Under the pieces are notes generated by a model. That model searched no databases, was not told the origin of the DNA, and worked only from the letters and a program-made list of their open reading frames with translations. From the NCBI GenBank assembly GCA_963748015.1, contig CAVVHE010000009.1:544001-608000 (forward strand): a stretch of DNA of 64,000 bases. Reading direction: 5' to 3'. How positions within the stretch are numbered: position 1 is the first letter of the stretch; each line of letters starts with the position of its first letter. Shown here in pieces: positions 54,096 to 64,000 of this stretch. This DNA comes from Terriglobia bacterium (GTDB lineage Bacteria > Acidobacteriota > Polarisedimenticolia > Polarisedimenticolales > JAIQFR01). The position numbers and the translations under genes were made by a program.

Positions 54096-54685
54096 GCGCT
54101 CGCCGGGGGCGGGGATCCGCCCTCGCGGTTCCGGCGGGCGGCGAGCCGGCGCACGAGAAGCACGGCGAGCGTGAGGGAGACGGCCAGGAGCAGCACGCAC
54201 GCCACCGGGACCACGACGGCGAGCGTGGCGGTCACGGCCGCTCCGATCCACTCGAGGGTCGCGACGACCGGATTGCCGAGGCCGCCGGTCAGCGCGGTCG
54301 ACTTCACGCGGAGCAGCACCGTCGCTCCCTGGACCCCGGCCGCCGCCCCGCCGCCCGCGATGATCGCGACGGCCCAGCGCACCTGGGGCGGGACGTCCAC
54401 GAGCACCGACGCGCTGGCCACGATTCCCGCCAGAACCGCCGCGGGGGTCGCGATCGTGTCCAGGACGTGGTCGAGCCAAAGGACGTAATACGCGACGACC
54501 TCGACCGCCGTCGCCGTCGCGAACGCGACGAGGGCCGGGGTGCCCGCCATCCACTGGAAGCCGCCGGCGAGCGTGACGAAGCCGAAGCGCGCGGCGACCG
54601 AGACGGCGAGCAGCGGAACGAAGACCCGGAACCCGCACGCGGCCGCGAGTCCGACCCCGAGACAGGCGGCGATCAGGGTGTCCAT
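54092..54685 (-). CDS. DUF4126 membrane protein
   Basis: GLAAACGFRVFVPLL...EVVAYY..WLDHVLD...TGGLGNPVVATLE. Confidence 0.85.
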   Translation of the reverse strand: MDTLIAACLGVGLAAACGFRVFVPLLAVSVAARFGFVTLAGGFQWMAGTPALVAFATATAVEVVAYYVLWLDHVLDTIATPAAVLAGIVASASVLVDVPPQVRWAVAIIAGGGAAAGVQGATVLLRVKSTALTGGLGNPVVATLEWIGAAVTATLAVVVPVACVLLLAVSLTLAVLLVRRLAARRNREGGSPPPASA

Positions 54686-54695
54686 GCGGCCGGGG

Positions 54696-55148
54696 TCAGA
54701 GGTAGTTGTCGGTCAGGACGCGGTCGAAGAGCCGCTGCATCTCCTCCTCGCCGCTCACGAGCCGCAGGCGGTGGTGGAAGCATGCCTTTCGCTCGCACCC
54801 CTCGACGAAGCCCCCGTGCGGCAGGCGCAGCACGAACATCGGCGCCGAGCAGATGCCGCAGCGATCCGACGCCGACTGGAGCGACACGCCGCACCGCGGG
54901 CAGGAGAGCTCCACCACGACGCCGTCGGCGAGGGTCCCCTCGATCACGTTGTCGTACCGGCCGTAGAACGGGTCCACGTGGAGGTGGCCCTCGCCCCCGG
55001 CATGGCGGTAGACCAGGTGGATCGAGGGCTCGCCGTGGATCGGCACCCCGGCGTCCATCAGGTCGCAACCCTTGGGGCAGCGGGCGTGCCGGACGAGCAG
55101 GCTGCCGGCGGGTACGTCGATCTCGATGCGCTCGCCTTCGTCGTGCAT
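54696..55148 (-). CDS. Cys/His-rich hypothetical protein (putative metal binding)
   Basis: CPKGC, CPRC, CGIC, CERKAC..H. GAGGAGG RBS. Confidence 0.65.
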   Translation of the reverse strand: MHDEGERIEIDVPAGSLLVRHARCPKGCDLMDAGVPIHGEPSIHLVYRHAGGEGHLHVDPFYGRYDNVIEGTLADGVVVELSCPRCGVSLQSASDRCGICSAPMFVLRLPHGGFVEGCERKACFHHRLRLVSGEEEMQRLFDRVLTDNYL

Positions 55149-55227
55149 GTCGTGCCTCCTCGTGGGGGTCGAGGCCGCTCTTTCCGGAGACCGCGCGCCG
55201 GGGCACCGCGCGTTCCCGCCGGTGCGG

Positions 55228-55740
55228 CTACTTCCTGCGCCGGTACTTGAAGACCTCCGAGCTCTCCTGGCCCTTCGCCTTCCACGCCCACGACTGCGAG
55301 AAGCGGTCGGGCCCGTCGAAGGTCACCGTCAGCCCGTGCATGTGCCCGTCGTCGGGCGACTTCAGGTTCGTGGCGTCGAGGTACTTGAACGTCAGCGTGC
55401 TCGGGTCGGCCGACGCCTCCGCGACCATGCGCGGCTGGTTTCCCGCGCCGCAGTAGTGCGTCATCATCAGCTTGGCGCCGTCGAGGTGGTAGATCGTCAC
55501 CATCGCGTCCGGCTCCTTCCCGTAGCTCATCGTCTCGACGATCGCCGACCCGCTCGACACGACCTTGTAGGTCACCGTCGTGACGGCCCCGTCGTCATGC
55601 TTGTTTTCCCAGGTGCCGACGAGCGACTTGAGCTTTTCGAAGCCCGCCTGGCCCGAAGGCTGCGCGAGGGCCGCGACGGTCGAGATCGCGATCACGGGGA
55701 GAAGCGCCGAAAATCTATGGGCAAGGACATGGGTCCTCAT
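55228..55740 (-). CDS. Secreted hypothetical protein
   Basis: Signal peptide, FEKLKSLVGTW...MTHYCGAGNQPRM...GHMH. AAGGAGG RBS. Confidence 0.75.
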   Translation of the reverse strand: MRTHVLAHRFSALLPVIAISTVAALAQPSGQAGFEKLKSLVGTWENKHDDGAVTTVTYKVVSSGSAIVETMSYGKEPDAMVTIYHLDGAKLMMTHYCGAGNQPRMVAEASADPSTLTFKYLDATNLKSPDDGHMHGLTVTFDGPDRFSQSWAWKAKGQESSEVFKYRRRK

Positions 55741-55888
55741 GGGGTCCTCCTTTTCCTAGGTCCACGCATTCTAATGCAGTTCGCCGCGCCGGGCTCCGGA
55801 ACGGTTTCCCGCGGCCCGACTTGCGTTTCCGACAAGGCCGGCGTAGAAGCAGCGCTGGGACGGCTGGGCAATCCCGACTCGAGGAGCC

Positions 55889-56314
55889 ATGACCGACAAG
55901 CCACGGACCCGCGCACGATCGCGGAGAGCGAAACTCCGCAAGAGCCACGAGCCGCCGCCGGTCGTCGCCAAGCTGGGATGGCGGTACCACCATCTCGGCA
56001 TCCCGACCGGCGCCAGGCGCCGAGGCGAGACGCATCTCGAGAAGTACGGCCTCCACGTCACGGGTTTTCCTACGAGCCCGTACGGCATCGAGTGGATGCG
56101 GTTCGACGAGGACAGCCCGGTCCACCCGCTCATCAAGACGCTGCCGCACGTCGCGTTCGAGGTGGACGACCTCGAAGCGGCGCTGGAGGGACAGGAGGTC
56201 ATCGGCGCGCCCGGTTCGCCGTCCAAGGACGTCCGCTCGGCGATGATCGTCGTGGACGGCGCGCCGGTGGAGCTCATCTGGTTCAGGAAGCCGGCGAGGC
56301 GAGACAAGAAGTAG
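55889..56314 (+). CDS. VOC/glyoxalase-like protein
   Basis: YHHLGIP...IEW...PHVAFEVDDLEAAL...GAPVELI. Confidence 0.7.
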   Translation: MTDKPRTRARSRRAKLRKSHEPPPVVAKLGWRYHHLGIPTGARRRGETHLEKYGLHVTGFPTSPYGIEWMRFDEDSPVHPLIKTLPHVAFEVDDLEAALEGQEVIGAPGSPSKDVRSAMIVVDGAPVELIWFRKPARRDKK

Positions 56315-56396
56315 CGCCGCGGTCGCCGCCGGTCCTTCTCGAGACAGGGTAGACTTGCGGGGCGGGGCCGTCCGGCCCCGCAAGGGAGACGACGCC

Positions 56397-56813
56397 ATGC
56401 CGAACCCCGATCCGCATCCCGCCGAGGTGCTCGACGTGCTCCGCCGCCAAGGCCCCAAGACCCGCATCGCGGTGGCCGGCGCCAGCAAGGATCCGTCGAA
56501 GTACGGGAACATCATCGTGCGGAACCTCAAGGAGAAGGGATACACCGTGCTTCCGGTGAACCCCAAGGAGGACACGATCGAGGATCTTCCGGTCGCCCAC
56601 TCGGTCGCGGAGCTCACGAAGCCGGTAGACATCCTGGTCGTGGTCACGCCGCCCCCGGTGACGCTCGGCGTGCTGCGCCAGGCGGCCGAAGCGGGACTCC
56701 CCGCCGTGTGGCTCCAGGACGGGAGCTTCGACGACGCCGTGCTGGAGCTCGCCGCGGCCTCGCCGTTCAAGACCGTCCATCACGCTTGCGTCATGGTGGT
56801 GAGCAACTACTGA
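56397..56813 (+). CDS. CoA-binding protein (YccU-like)
   Basis: IAVAGAS.DPSKYG...YTVLPVNP...VWLQDG. Confidence 0.85.
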   Translation: MPNPDPHPAEVLDVLRRQGPKTRIAVAGASKDPSKYGNIIVRNLKEKGYTVLPVNPKEDTIEDLPVAHSVAELTKPVDILVVVTPPPVTLGVLRQAAEAGLPAVWLQDGSFDDAVLELAAASPFKTVHHACVMVVSNY

Positions 56814-56841
56814 CCGCGTCCACCGGGTGAGCCGCTCCTCG

Positions 56842-58347
56842 ATGGGTCCAACTCCACGACACCGCGAGCGCCTTCTCGTCGCGGCGCTCTGCGCCGTCGC
56901 GGCGGTCCGGGTCCTCGTGCTCGCCGCCGCGTTCCCGCTGTTCGACAACGTGGACGAGACCTCTCACTTCGATCTCGTCTACCGCTACTCGCGCGGCGAC
57001 GTCCCCCGCGGGCTCGCGCCGAAGTCCGCCGAGGCGGTGCGGATCATCCGGTACAGCAAGACGTGGGAGTACGTGGACACGCCGCAGAGCTTCCCGGGCG
57101 GACGGACGCCGCCGCCGGGTTGGGCCGTGCCGCGGGCGGTACTGGACCGGGCGCTCGCGGCCGCGGTGGCGGAGGACGCGACACTCACCAATGCCGAGGG
57201 GACGCAGCAGCCGCTCTACTACTTCCTCGCCGGCGCGTGGTACCGCTTGGGAGAGCTTCTCGGCCAGAGGCAGGGGTTCGGCCCCTACTGGATCCGCTTC
57301 CTGAACGCCCCGCTCGTCGCACTCATGGTCTGGGTCGTGTACCTCGTCGCGGGAGCGCTCGTTCCCGGCGCCACGACGGTGCGCCTCGGTGCGACGGTCC
57401 TCGCGGCCTTCTTCCCGCAGGACGCGTTTCTCTCGATCGGCAACGACGTCCTCGCGCCCGTGATGGTCGGCCTGGCCTTCCTCGCCCTGGTCAAGCTGGT
57501 GGATGGCGAGCCGAGGGGGATCGCGCCGCACGTGCTTGCCGGCCTCGCGGTCTCGGCGAGCGTCCTGGCCAAGCTGACCAACGTTCCGGTTCTCGGCGTC
57601 GCCGCGGCCGTCGCGGCGGTCGAGCTGCTCGACGCCCGAAGGAGCGGGAAGTCGAGCGCGGCGTGGCCGCGGGTCGTGGCGCTCGCCGCGGCGATCGTGC
57701 TCCCGGCGGGGCTCTGGGCGGCGCGCAACCACGCGATCCTCGGCAACTTCACCGGCATGCCGCAGAAGGCGGCGCGGCTCGACTGGACGCCGAAGCCGCT
57801 CGGCGAGGTGCTCGACCACCCGATCTTCACGCCGTCGGGCCTCTGGCACTTCCTCGACGGACTGCTCGCGAGCTTCTGGAGAGGGGAGTTCTACTGGCAC
57901 GGGGAGCGCCTGGCCTGGGTGGGGACCGACGTGTTCTACGTTCTTTCCTCTCTCCTGCTCCTCTCGGTAGCCGCGTTCGCGGTCCTGGGGCGCCGGCGGA
58001 AGGGCGCTCGCGACGGACGCTTCGGGCTTCGGATGGGGTTGCTGCTCCTGCTGCTCTCCGTGCTCCTCCTCGCCTGGGGGTCCATGGCGTACGACTTCGG
58101 CCGCTGCCGCTATCCGTCGAGGGAGCTTCCGTTCATCACGTCGGGCAGGCTGATGGGAGGCGCGCTGGCGCCGTTCCTCTGCCTCTACGTCCTCGGGCTC
58201 GACCGGCTGCTCTCGCGCTTCGGCGCGGGGCGCGCCGTACTGCCGGTCGTGGCGCTCGTCGCGGCCGCGATCACCGCGGTGGAGCTCGTCCTGGCGCTCG
58301 GCGCCTTCGCGAGCCGGTTCAACTGGTTCCACATGCCGGCCGCCTGA
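56842..58347 (+). CDS. DUF2142-like GT-C membrane protein
   Basis: PLFDNVDETSHF, QQPLYY, GNDVL, multiple TM segments. Confidence 0.65.
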   Translation: MGPTPRHRERLLVAALCAVAAVRVLVLAAAFPLFDNVDETSHFDLVYRYSRGDVPRGLAPKSAEAVRIIRYSKTWEYVDTPQSFPGGRTPPPGWAVPRAVLDRALAAAVAEDATLTNAEGTQQPLYYFLAGAWYRLGELLGQRQGFGPYWIRFLNAPLVALMVWVVYLVAGALVPGATTVRLGATVLAAFFPQDAFLSIGNDVLAPVMVGLAFLALVKLVDGEPRGIAPHVLAGLAVSASVLAKLTNVPVLGVAAAVAAVELLDARRSGKSSAAWPRVVALAAAIVLPAGLWAARNHAILGNFTGMPQKAARLDWTPKPLGEVLDHPIFTPSGLWHFLDGLLASFWRGEFYWHGERLAWVGTDVFYVLSSLLLLSVAAFAVLGRRRKGARDGRFGLRMGLLLLLLSVLLLAWGSMAYDFGRCRYPSRELPFITSGRLMGGALAPFLCLYVLGLDRLLSRFGAGRAVLPVVALVAAAITAVELVLALGAFASRFNWFHMPAA

Positions 58348-58449
58348 TCGGCAGCCGGGTGCCTTTTCGGCCGCGCGTCCCCGTATAATCGGGCGCCCCG
58401 GGCGTCCCGGCGCGAAAGGCCGCGCGGGATCCTCCGGGCGGGGAGCGCC

Positions 58450-59367
58450 ATGCCACGCCAGGCCGTCTCGTTCCTGCTGGTCCTCGCCATCGCCGCCGCG
58501 CTGTCGTGCGGCGGGACGGCCGATGCGCCGAACGGCGGCAAGGTCGTCGGCGTCACGCTCCTCACCCGGGGCCACCTCTTCTATCGCGACCTCGAGGAAG
58601 GGCTCGTCGCCGAGGCGGCGAAGGACGGCTACCGGCTCGTCGTGACGTCGGCGGACTTCGACCTCGGGAAGCAGGCCGCGCAGATCGAGGACTTCGTCGC
58701 GCGGAAGGTGGATGCGATCGTCGTGTGCCCCGTGGACTCGAAGGGGGTCGGCCCGGCGATCCGGCGGGCCAACGCCGCGGGGATCCCGGTGTTCACCGCC
58801 GACATCGCCGCGCAGGAGGGGGACGTCGTCTGCCACATCGCGTCCGACAACGTGGCCGGCGGCAGGCTGGCCGGCGAGTACCTCGCGAAGCTCCTTCGCG
58901 GCAAGGGCAAGATCGCGATCGTGAACCAGCCGGCGATCACGTCGGTCCTCGACCGCGTGGAAGGGTTCCGGCAGGCGGTGTCGAAGTTCCCGGAACTCGC
59001 GATCGTCGCCGACGTGAACGGGCAGGGGGTCCGCGACCGCGCGCTCGAGGTCGCGGCCGACGTCCTGCAGGCCCACCCCGACCTCGACGGGATCTTCGGG
59101 ATCAACGACGACTCGGCGCTCGGGGCGATGGACGCCGCGCGGCAGCTCGCGCGGGAGCGGGTCGCGATCGTCGGGTACGACGCCACCCCGCCCGCGGTGG
59201 ACGCGATCCGGAAGGGATCGCCGCTCAAGGCGGACGTGATCCAGTACCCGCGGAAGATCGGCGCCGCGACCGTCGAGATGATCCGCCGCCACTTCGCGGG
59301 GGAGACGCTCCCGAAGACGCTGCCGGTCGAGGTGGGCATCGTGGATCGCGCCGCCCTGGAACAATGA
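58450..59367 (+). CDS. Sugar ABC transporter substrate-binding lipoprotein (RbsB-like)
   Basis: Lipobox LSC, AGIPVFTAD, SDNVAGG, NDDSALG, VGYD. Confidence 0.9.
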   Translation: MPRQAVSFLLVLAIAAALSCGGTADAPNGGKVVGVTLLTRGHLFYRDLEEGLVAEAAKDGYRLVVTSADFDLGKQAAQIEDFVARKVDAIVVCPVDSKGVGPAIRRANAAGIPVFTADIAAQEGDVVCHIASDNVAGGRLAGEYLAKLLRGKGKIAIVNQPAITSVLDRVEGFRQAVSKFPELAIVADVNGQGVRDRALEVAADVLQAHPDLDGIFGINDDSALGAMDAARQLARERVAIVGYDATPPAVDAIRKGSPLKADVIQYPRKIGAATVEMIRRHFAGETLPKTLPVEVGIVDRAALEQ

Positions 59368-60863
59368 GCGCTCTTCTCGAGCTGCGGGGGATCGTCAAGA
59401 GCTACGGCGAGGTCCGGGCCCTCGACCGCGTGGACTTCAGTCTCGGCCGCGGGGAAGTTCACGCCCTCGTCGGCGAGAACGGCGCCGGCAAGTCCACGCT
59501 GATGAAGATCCTCGCCGGCGCGATCCCGAAAGACGCAGGCAGCGTGCTGCTCGACGGGGAGGAGGTCGCTCTCGACTCCCCGGCCGCCTCGCGGCGCCTC
59601 GGCATCGGGATGATCCACCAGGACCTGAAACTCGTTCCCGAGATGACCGTCGCCGAGAACCTGCTCCTCGGCTCCGAGCCCCGGCTCGGCCGGACGCCGT
59701 TCCTCGACCGCCGCGCGATGGCGCGTGCCGCGCGAGAGGCCTTGGCGCAGCTCGGCGAGGACTTCGATCCTCGGGAGAAGGCGGGGCATCTCGGCATCGC
59801 GCGCCAGCAGATCGTCGAGATCGCGAGGGCGATCTCGCGCAGGGTGAGGATCCTGGCGCTCGACGAGCCGACGGCGCCCCTCACGGGGCCCGAGATCGCG
59901 CGGCTGTTCGAGGTCGTCCGGCGCCTCAAGTCGGAAGGGACGGGGGTCATCTACATCTCGCACCGGCTCGACGAGGTGTTCGAGATCGCCGACCGCGTGA
60001 CCGTGCTGCGCGACGGCCTCACGGTCGCGACCGCGCCGGCCGCGGGGATCGACCGCGCGACGCTGGTGAGGTGGATGGTCGGGCGCGACGTCGCGGAGGG
60101 CGCGCGCGAGGCTCCCGGGGCCATCGGCGAGGAGATCCTGAGGCTCGAGGGGATCGGGGCCGGCTCGCTCGGTCCCGTGGACCTCGTGCTCCGCCGCGGG
60201 GAGATCCTCGGTCTCGCGGGTCTCGTCGGCGCGGGACGGACGGAGCTGGCGCGGCTGATCTTCGGGGCCGACCGGCCGGAGCGGGGAAGGATGCTCCTCC
60301 TCGGGCGGGAGATCGCTCCCCGCTCGCCGAGGGAAGCGATCGACCTCGGGATCGCCCTCCTCACGGAGGACCGGAACCGTCTGGGGCTCGTATCGACGAT
60401 GAGCGTCCGCGAGAACGTCACGCTCGCGGGACTGAGGGCGCTCGGCCGCGGGATCTTCACGAGCCGCGGGACGGAAGAAGCAGCGGCGCGGCGCCACGTG
60501 GAGCGGCTCCGCATCCGGACCCCTTCCCTCGACGCCGGGGTGGACCAGCTGAGCGGCGGGAACCGCCAGAAGGTGGTCCTGGCCCGCTGGCTCGAGACGC
60601 GGTCGAGAGTGCTGATCTTCGACGAGCCGACCGCCGGTGTCGACGTCGGTGCGAGGGCCGAGATCCTCGCGCTGATCCGCGAGCTGGCCGCGGGAGGCGC
60701 CGGGGTGATCGTGGTCTCGTCGGACCTGCCGGAGCTGCTCGGCCTGTGCGATCCGATCGTCGTCCTTTGCCGGGGGAGGGTCGCGGGGCGGCTCTCGGCC
60801 GCGGAGGCCACCCAGGAGCGGGTCATGACGCTCGCGACCGGCGGCGGGAGGGAGGCGGCGTGA
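59364..60863 (+). CDS. Sugar ABC transporter ATP-binding protein (RbsA-like)
   Basis: [45 protein letters not shown]. Confidence 0.93.
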   Translation: MSALLELRGIVKSYGEVRALDRVDFSLGRGEVHALVGENGAGKSTLMKILAGAIPKDAGSVLLDGEEVALDSPAASRRLGIGMIHQDLKLVPEMTVAENLLLGSEPRLGRTPFLDRRAMARAAREALAQLGEDFDPREKAGHLGIARQQIVEIARAISRRVRILALDEPTAPLTGPEIARLFEVVRRLKSEGTGVIYISHRLDEVFEIADRVTVLRDGLTVATAPAAGIDRATLVRWMVGRDVAEGAREAPGAIGEEILRLEGIGAGSLGPVDLVLRRGEILGLAGLVGAGRTELARLIFGADRPERGRMLLLGREIAPRSPREAIDLGIALLTEDRNRLGLVSTMSVRENVTLAGLRALGRGIFTSRGTEEAAARRHVERLRIRTPSLDAGVDQLSGGNRQKVVLARWLETRSRVLIFDEPTAGVDVGARAEILALIRELAAGGAGVIVVSSDLPELLGLCDPIVVLCRGRVAGRLSAAEATQERVMTLATGGGREAA

Positions 60864-61815
60864 GCGGGAGCGCCGGCGGAACGGGGTGGCGGCGGATCGC
60901 CGAGTTGGGGCTGGCCGCGGCCCTGGCGCTGGAGTGCCTCGCGTTCGCTCTCCTCTCGCCGCACTTCTTCACCGCCGAGAACCTCCTCAACGTTTCGCTC
61001 CAGGCCTCCATCACCGCGATCATCGCGGCCGGGATGACCTTCGTGATCCTGACGGGAGGGATCGACCTGTCGGTCGGGTCCGTGGTCGCGGTCGCGGGGA
61101 TCGTCGCCACCTCGACGCTCAAGACCGGCCTCTCGCCGGCGGCGGGGATCGCGCTCGGGGTCCTGCTGGCCCTCGCCTTCGGGGCGCTCTCGGGGTCGAT
61201 CGCCGGGCTGTTCGTCACCCGCTTCTCGGTCGCCCCCTTCATCGTGACCCTGGCGCTGATGACCGTCTGGCGCGGGACCGCGTTCGTCGCGACGCAGGGG
61301 CGCCCGGTCTGGGAGCTGCCGGAGAGCTTCGGCTACCTCGCGAGCGGCCGGCCCCTCGGGGTTCCTCTTCCGTCGCTCGTGATGCTCGGCGTCTACGCCG
61401 CCGCCCACGTGGCGCTCCTCCACACCCGTTTCGGCCGGTACGTGCTCGCGGTCGGCGGCAACGCCGAGGCCGCGCGGCTCGCCGGGATACGAACCGGGCG
61501 GATCGTCGCGGGGGTGTACGTGCTCTGCGGCGTGCTCTCGGCGGCGAGCGGCGTGCTGCTCGCGTCGCGGATGAACTCGGGGCAGCCGAACGCGGGGCTG
61601 ATGTACGAGCTGGACGTGATCGCCGCGGTCGTCGTGGGGGGACGAGCCTCTCCGGCGGGCGCGGCTCGATCGCGGGGACCTTCCTCGGCGCGATGCTGAT
61701 CGCCGTGCTGAGGAACGGGCTGAACCTCCTCAACGTGAACTCCTATGTCCAGCAGGTGGTCGTCGGCGCCGTGATCCTGCTCGCGGTGCTGGCGGACACG
61801 GCGAGAAAAAAATGA
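60860..61815 (+). CDS. Sugar ABC transporter permease (RbsC-like); one G missing in run 61636-61641
   Basis: [36 protein letters not shown], continuing in another frame as TSLSGGRG...LRNGLNLL. Confidence 0.9.
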
Positions 61816-64000
61816 GGTGGCGCATGTCGATCCGAGGGGCGTTGGCGATCCTCCTGCTCGCGGCCACGCCGGCCGTGGGCGCGACCGCGGTGGACGGGCT
61901 GGCGGACAGGCTCGACGCCGCGACGCGGCTCTCGTTCGACGACTGGAAGGCGAGCCCCGACCTCAAGACGGGGAGATTCGAGGGGGACGCGCCGGCGAAA
62001 CCGGACTTCGACGACTCGCGCTGGGACAACCTGAAGTTCAAGGAGAAGATCTACCCCGACTCGTGCTGGCTCCGGAAGACGATCGTCCTCCCCGAGACTT
62101 ACCTGGGCCAGAAGGTCGCCGGCCGGGCGCGCATCCTCGTCACCGTGGACGACGCCGGGACCCTGTTCGTGAACGGCGAGAGCCGCGGGTACTTCGGGTG
62201 GGACGGGACCTTCGATCTCACTCCCGACGCGAAGCCGGGCGAGCGCTTCACGATCGCGATCAAGGCGGTCAACACGGGGGGGCCGCTCCGGATCTTCCGG
62301 GCGGACGTCGAGCTCCTAGCGGCGAAGGAGATCCGGCAAAAGGTGGAGGGGTTCGCCCTCTCCCTCCGCGTGGGGCAGAAGCTGCTCGGCTTCGACACCT
62401 ACCAGACCAGCTCGAACAACAAGGTGGACCCGAAGTCCGACGCCTCGACGGTCTCCCGCGACGACAAGATCCGCCTCGGCGCGCTCCTCGAGGAGATCGC
62501 CGGGGGCGTGGACGTCTCGGCGCTCGAGCAGGGGCGCGTGGAGCCGTTCCTCGCGTCCGTGGAGAGGGCGCGCGCGGCGCTCCGCCCGATCGGAGAGTTC
62601 GCGAAGCGCTACACGCTCTTCTTCGATGCGAACGCGCACATCGACGCCGCGTGGCTCTGGCGCGAGCGCGAGACGGTCGCGGTCGCGAAGAACACCTTCT
62701 CGTCGGTCCTCAACATGTTCGACGCCCGCCCGGGCTTCACCTACACCCAGAGCTCCGCGGCCTACTACGACTGGATGGAGCGCCTCTACCCCGACCTCTT
62801 CCGCCGCATCCGCGAGAAGGCGCGCGAGGGGCGGTGGGAGGTGGTGGGAGGGATGTGGGTCGAGCCCGACTGCAACCTCCCGTCGGGCGACTCCTGGGCG
62901 CGCCACCTGCTCTACGGCAAGCGCTACTTCCGCGAGAAACTCGGCGTCGACGTCAAGATCGGGTGGAACCCCGACTCGTTCGGCTACAACTGGAACATGC
63001 CGCAGCTCTACCGGCAGGCGGGGATCGACGCGTTCATCACGCAGAAGATCGGCTGGAACGCGGTGAACGTGTTTCCCCACCGCGTCTTCTGGTGGGAAGG
63101 CCCCGACGGCTCGCGAGTCCTGAGCTACTTCCCGTTCGACTACGTGAACACCGTGGACGATCCCTTCCGCCTCGTGGACTGGGTCCGGCAATTCGACGCG
63201 AACACCGGGTTCCGCAAGATGATGGTGCTGTTCGGCGTGGGCGACCACGGCGGCGGCCCCTCCCTCGAGATGCTCGACCGCGTGGACCGCCTCCGCTCGC
63301 TCGACGTCTACCCGGCGATCGAGTACGGCACCGCGACGCAGTACGTGGCCTGGCTGCGCGGGCAGGACCTCGCGAAGCTCCCCGTCTGGAAGGACGAGCT
63401 GTACCTCGAGTACCACGAGGGGACGTTCACGACGCAGGCGAAGACGAAGGAGTGGAACCGCCGGAGCGAGACCGCGCTGACGGACGCCGAGAAGCTCTCG
63501 ACCCTCGCCACGCTCGTGGGTCGGCGGTACGACGGGGCCGCGCTGCAGGAGGCCTGGAAGCACGTCATGTTCAACCAGTTCCACGACATCCTCCCCGGGT
63601 CCTCGATCCGGGAGGTCTACGTGGACGCCCCCGAGCGGTACCGCGCGGCCGAGGAGATCACGAGGCACGAGAGCTCAGGGGCGCTCAGGAAGATCGCCGA
63701 CGCCGCGGACACGTCGAAGGTCGAGGGCACGCCGGTCATCGTCTTCAACTCGCTCGGTTGGGAGCGGAAGGACGCGGTCCGGGTGGAGCTGCCACCGGGC
63801 GAGGACGGGGAGGTCGCGGTGTTCGACGCGCGCGGGCGCGAGGTGCCGGCACAGGTTCTCCCCGCGGGGCGCTACGCGAGGGAGGTCCTGTTCGTCGCCG
63901 ACGCGATCCCGCCGCTCGGCTACGCGGTGTACGACCTCCGCCGCCGCAAACCGGCTGCGAATCCGTCCCTCACCGCCGCCGGGTCGAGGATCGAGAACGA
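61812..64000 (+). CDS. GH38 alpha-mannosidase, 3'-truncated by window edge
   Basis: Signal peptide, [54 protein letters not shown]. Start 61812 or 61824. Confidence 0.92.
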   Translation, partial: MRWRMSIRGALAILLLAATPAVGATAVDGLADRLDAATRLSFDDWKASPDLKTGRFEGDAPAKPDFDDSRWDNLKFKEKIYPDSCWLRKTIVLPETYLGQKVAGRARILVTVDDAGTLFVNGESRGYFGWDGTFDLTPDAKPGERFTIAIKAVNTGGPLRIFRADVELLAAKEIRQKVEGFALSLRVGQKLLGFDTYQTSSNNKVDPKSDASTVSRDDKIRLGALLEEIAGGVDVSALEQGRVEPFLASVERARAALRPIGEFAKRYTLFFDANAHIDAAWLWRERETVAVAKNTFSSVLNMFDARPGFTYTQSSAAYYDWMERLYPDLFRRIREKAREGRWEVVGGMWVEPDCNLPSGDSWARHLLYGKRYFREKLGVDVKIGWNPDSFGYNWNMPQLYRQAGIDAFITQKIGWNAVNVFPHRVFWWEGPDGSRVLSYFPFDYVNTVDDPFRLVDWVRQFDANTGFRKMMVLFGVGDHGGGPSLEMLDRVDRLRSLDVYPAIEYGTATQYVAWLRGQDLAKLPVWKDELYLEYHEGTFTTQAKTKEWNRRSETALTDAEKLSTLATLVGRRYDGAALQEAWKHVMFNQFHDILPGSSIREVYVDAPERYRAAEEITRHESSGALRKIADAADTSKVEGTPVIVFNSLGWERKDAVRVELPPGEDGEVAVFDARGREVPAQVLPAGRYAREVLFVADAIPPLGYAVYDLRRRKPAANPSLTAAGSRIEN

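Noticed and set aside
56355..56383. Hairpin TTGCGGGG...CCCCGCAA upstream of the CoA-binding gene as a riboswitch
   Set aside because: A single short GC stem with no recognisable aptamer; common by chance at this GC content.
61636..61641. Permease G-tract as a phase-variable switch
   Set aside because: The run is only 6-7 G in conserved VVGG-T codons; a homopolymer undercall is more parsimonious.

Overview
Very GC-rich bacterial genomic window. The gene repertoire (PD40 Ser/Thr kinase, DUF2911, tricorn protease, HYR/'WPPNH' secreted protein) suggests Acidobacteriota, but this is inference only. 1-33 kb and 53.7-64 kb are ordinary core-like genes: MacAB-type exporter, OmpA, DUF748, aqpZ, peptidases, PLP enzymes, spermidine synthase-like protein, and a sugar ABC transporter with a GH38 mannosidase. 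33.1-45.2 kb is a mosaic accessory region punctuated by five co-oriented copies of an IS91/ISCR-like oriIS end. Two copies are still attached to rolling-circle transposase remnants. Between the copies lie cargo genes and gene fragments: an ATP-grasp protein, a MenAT-like pair, a 1948-aa secreted protein, sulfatases, and ATPase and MoxR fragments. A Phd-VapC toxin-antitoxin pair and a lexA-imuA-imuB-dnaE2 mutagenesis cassette follow. The most striking signal is a ~190-bp rod-like palindrome inserted in-frame, in the same orientation and frame, in both imuA and dnaE2. Its arms show compensatory changes and it adds a near-identical 49-aa peptide to both proteins. A perfect palindrome over the lexA promoter is a candidate SOS box. 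Several frameshifts (kinase, TPR protein, sugar permease, and a dense cluster in dnaE2) look like sequencing or consensus errors. No rRNA, tRNA or CRISPR array was recognised.
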